From Azolla caroliniana (Eukaryota > Plantae > Polypodiophyta), in NCBI GenBank assembly GCA_043228905.1, contig JBHGNT010000009.1:12710001-12774000 (forward strand): a DNA stretch of 64,000 bases, read 5' to 3'. Made by a program: the position numbers and the translations under genes. This document shows positions 62,503 to 64,000 of the stretch, in pieces. Numbering within the stretch: the stretch's first letter is position 1; each line of letters begins with the position of its first letter. The notes under the pieces were generated by a model. The model was not told where the DNA came from and did not search any database. It worked only from the letters and a program-made list of their open reading frames with translations.

Positions 62503-63985
62503 CATGGAAAAGAGTGGTGGAAACGCCCATGAACACGAGGAGTAAAGAGGCACGTCGAAAAGGTACGAGCAGCTATGAATAGGACATTAAACCACCGCCA
62601 CATGGCACACAATGCTATTATAGTACACGACCTGCACATGCGGAGGCTCGAAAAAGGCGTCAAGATACAGAGAGAAAAACCCCCATGCATCGAGACCTTC
62701 TCCTATCGCGGACCAAGGAGAACAGACGCAGAGCGACGCGTGAAGATAAATCCTAGAGAGCTCGCACACAAAGAACCCCCTCCCTCAGAACTTTCTCTCT
62801 CACATTCTCCCTACCATCAAACCTCTCCAACGTTCTCCGACATCGACGCAGAGATTGACTGCCAAACGCTGTCTGAAGCCGCCAAGAAATGGTTACGACA
62901 ACATGGTTTGGAGGGTTTCTTAACGATCATGGAGACGGCGCCACACAAGGATGCTGAGAAGATTATAAAAGAAATTGAAACGGAGGTGATCACGGAGGAG
63001 GCGATCCGTGCGTTAATAGGCCTTCCAGAGGGAGGTATCAACACGATCGACAATCCTACCCCCGAGCAACTCATCAAATATTTCGGTGAGTACTCTCTAG
63101 TAGCCAGCAAGGGCTACACAGGGCGGCGAAGATATGCTATTCCGGGAAATTGCCCATGTGCTCCACGAGTTCGGCCACGTGTACCCTCGACCCCCCATCA
63201 TGCCTCAGAACCGAGTAGGCTTGATCATCACAACGTACGAAGGGGTCAAGGTAGATTGGCCAGTGTTGATCACCGACGGGCTGTGTATGGCCATTGATAT
63301 AGTAAGGGGAAAGGACGGCAAGGAAGGCCGGAAAATATGGCACGCGGTGACACAATGGCTCACCCTGTTGGCACCACCGGTCGAGCCCGTCCAAACCAAG
63401 AAGAGGGGAAGAGCAACGGACGGCACCCCGAAACCTGCTTCGAAACGGCAACAACTATTGGCCTCCAAGGCCACTAAGGGGAAGACTGCCGAAGCAGAGA
63501 AGGCGGCGAAGGAGCGCGCCAGCTGGAAGCGACCGACGGACACGCACGAGGAGACATCGGAACGGGCCTTGAAGAGCCCAGTCCACCGACCGGGGCAATA
63601 GGAAATGGACACCTTGGCGGCAAGAATGAATGCCGGGACTCAAGCGGAAGAGATGGAGGAAGAACCCACGGAGCACCTCCAGTGGCGGCCGGTGAAGAGC
63701 ACCGCAGAATCAGCCGGGAAGCGTTCGGACCCATAGAAGGATGGAACACCTGCAACTCACGCTGAGCAACCCACGCCAAGGGAGGCACCGGAACCGGTTC
63801 GGATGGAACCGGTCACAGAAGTCCCGGCACAACAGGCAGCACCGGCAAGCCCCGTCACCCAAGAGCCGGAGATACAAAGGCCAACCGCCCCAACCGACCA
63901 AGAACAAGCAGACAAGGGGCGACTAGCCGAAACACACTCAGAGCCGGAACGGCAAAGTGGTCAACTAGCAGAACTAGAAGCGTAA
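62503..63985 (+). pseudogene. Extra ORF downstream of the integrase (plant-mobile-domain / Athila env-like resemblance), frameshifted
   Basis: WLRQHGLEGFL, ITEEAIRALIGLPEGG and KVDWPVLITDGL motifs, followed by a low-complexity E/P/Q tail. Confidence 0.6.
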
Positions 63986-64000
63986 CTTGACGCAGAAAGG

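Larger units (their letters stand above)
50892..64000 (+). mobile_element. Athila/Tat-like (non-chromovirus) Gypsy: 5' LTR 50892-~51354, tRNA-Arg PBS 51362-51371, gag, pol, 3' extra ORF. Runs off the window.
   Basis: PBS TGGCGACCAC. Gag from 51410 resumes in frame at 56774. IIDGGS protease; WLSPIVVVPKKNGKIRVCVDYRKLN/FLDDF RT; FVDASDIAIG RH; PFQKWGLDFVGPF and KLRFRWTGPY integrase. No chromodomain and no extra archaeal-type RNase H seen. Confidence 0.92.

Overview
Eukaryotic nuclear DNA from a land plant; a non-seed plant such as a fern is plausible from the TE lineages, but that is inference. There are two intact spliced host genes, arranged convergently: eIF3e (16269-19527, +, 8 exons, 439 aa) and an mTERF-family gene (31926-35548, -, 6 exons, ~735 aa). 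Almost everything else is nested and decayed LTR retrotransposons (Copia, chromoviral Gypsy, Athila/Tat-like Gypsy, non-autonomous elements with tRNA-Trp and tRNA-Ala PBSs), solo LTRs, LINE fragments and microsatellites. The most striking signal is in the Athila/Tat-like family. It has a normal tRNA-Arg PBS after its 5' LTR, but no polypurine tract before its 3' LTR. That position instead holds the sense 3' end of tRNA-Arg(UCU) including CCA, and one copy carries 64 nt of that tRNA fused to the LTR. This suggests tRNA priming of the plus strand as well (dual tRNA priming). Other oddities include a group of LTR elements inserting at ACGT/ACGC with 3-4 bp TSDs, tRNA-like A/B-box modules inside Tcn1-like LTRs, and a hairpin array inside a probable leader intron. 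tRNA identities and lineage names come from recalled consensus sequences and need database confirmation.
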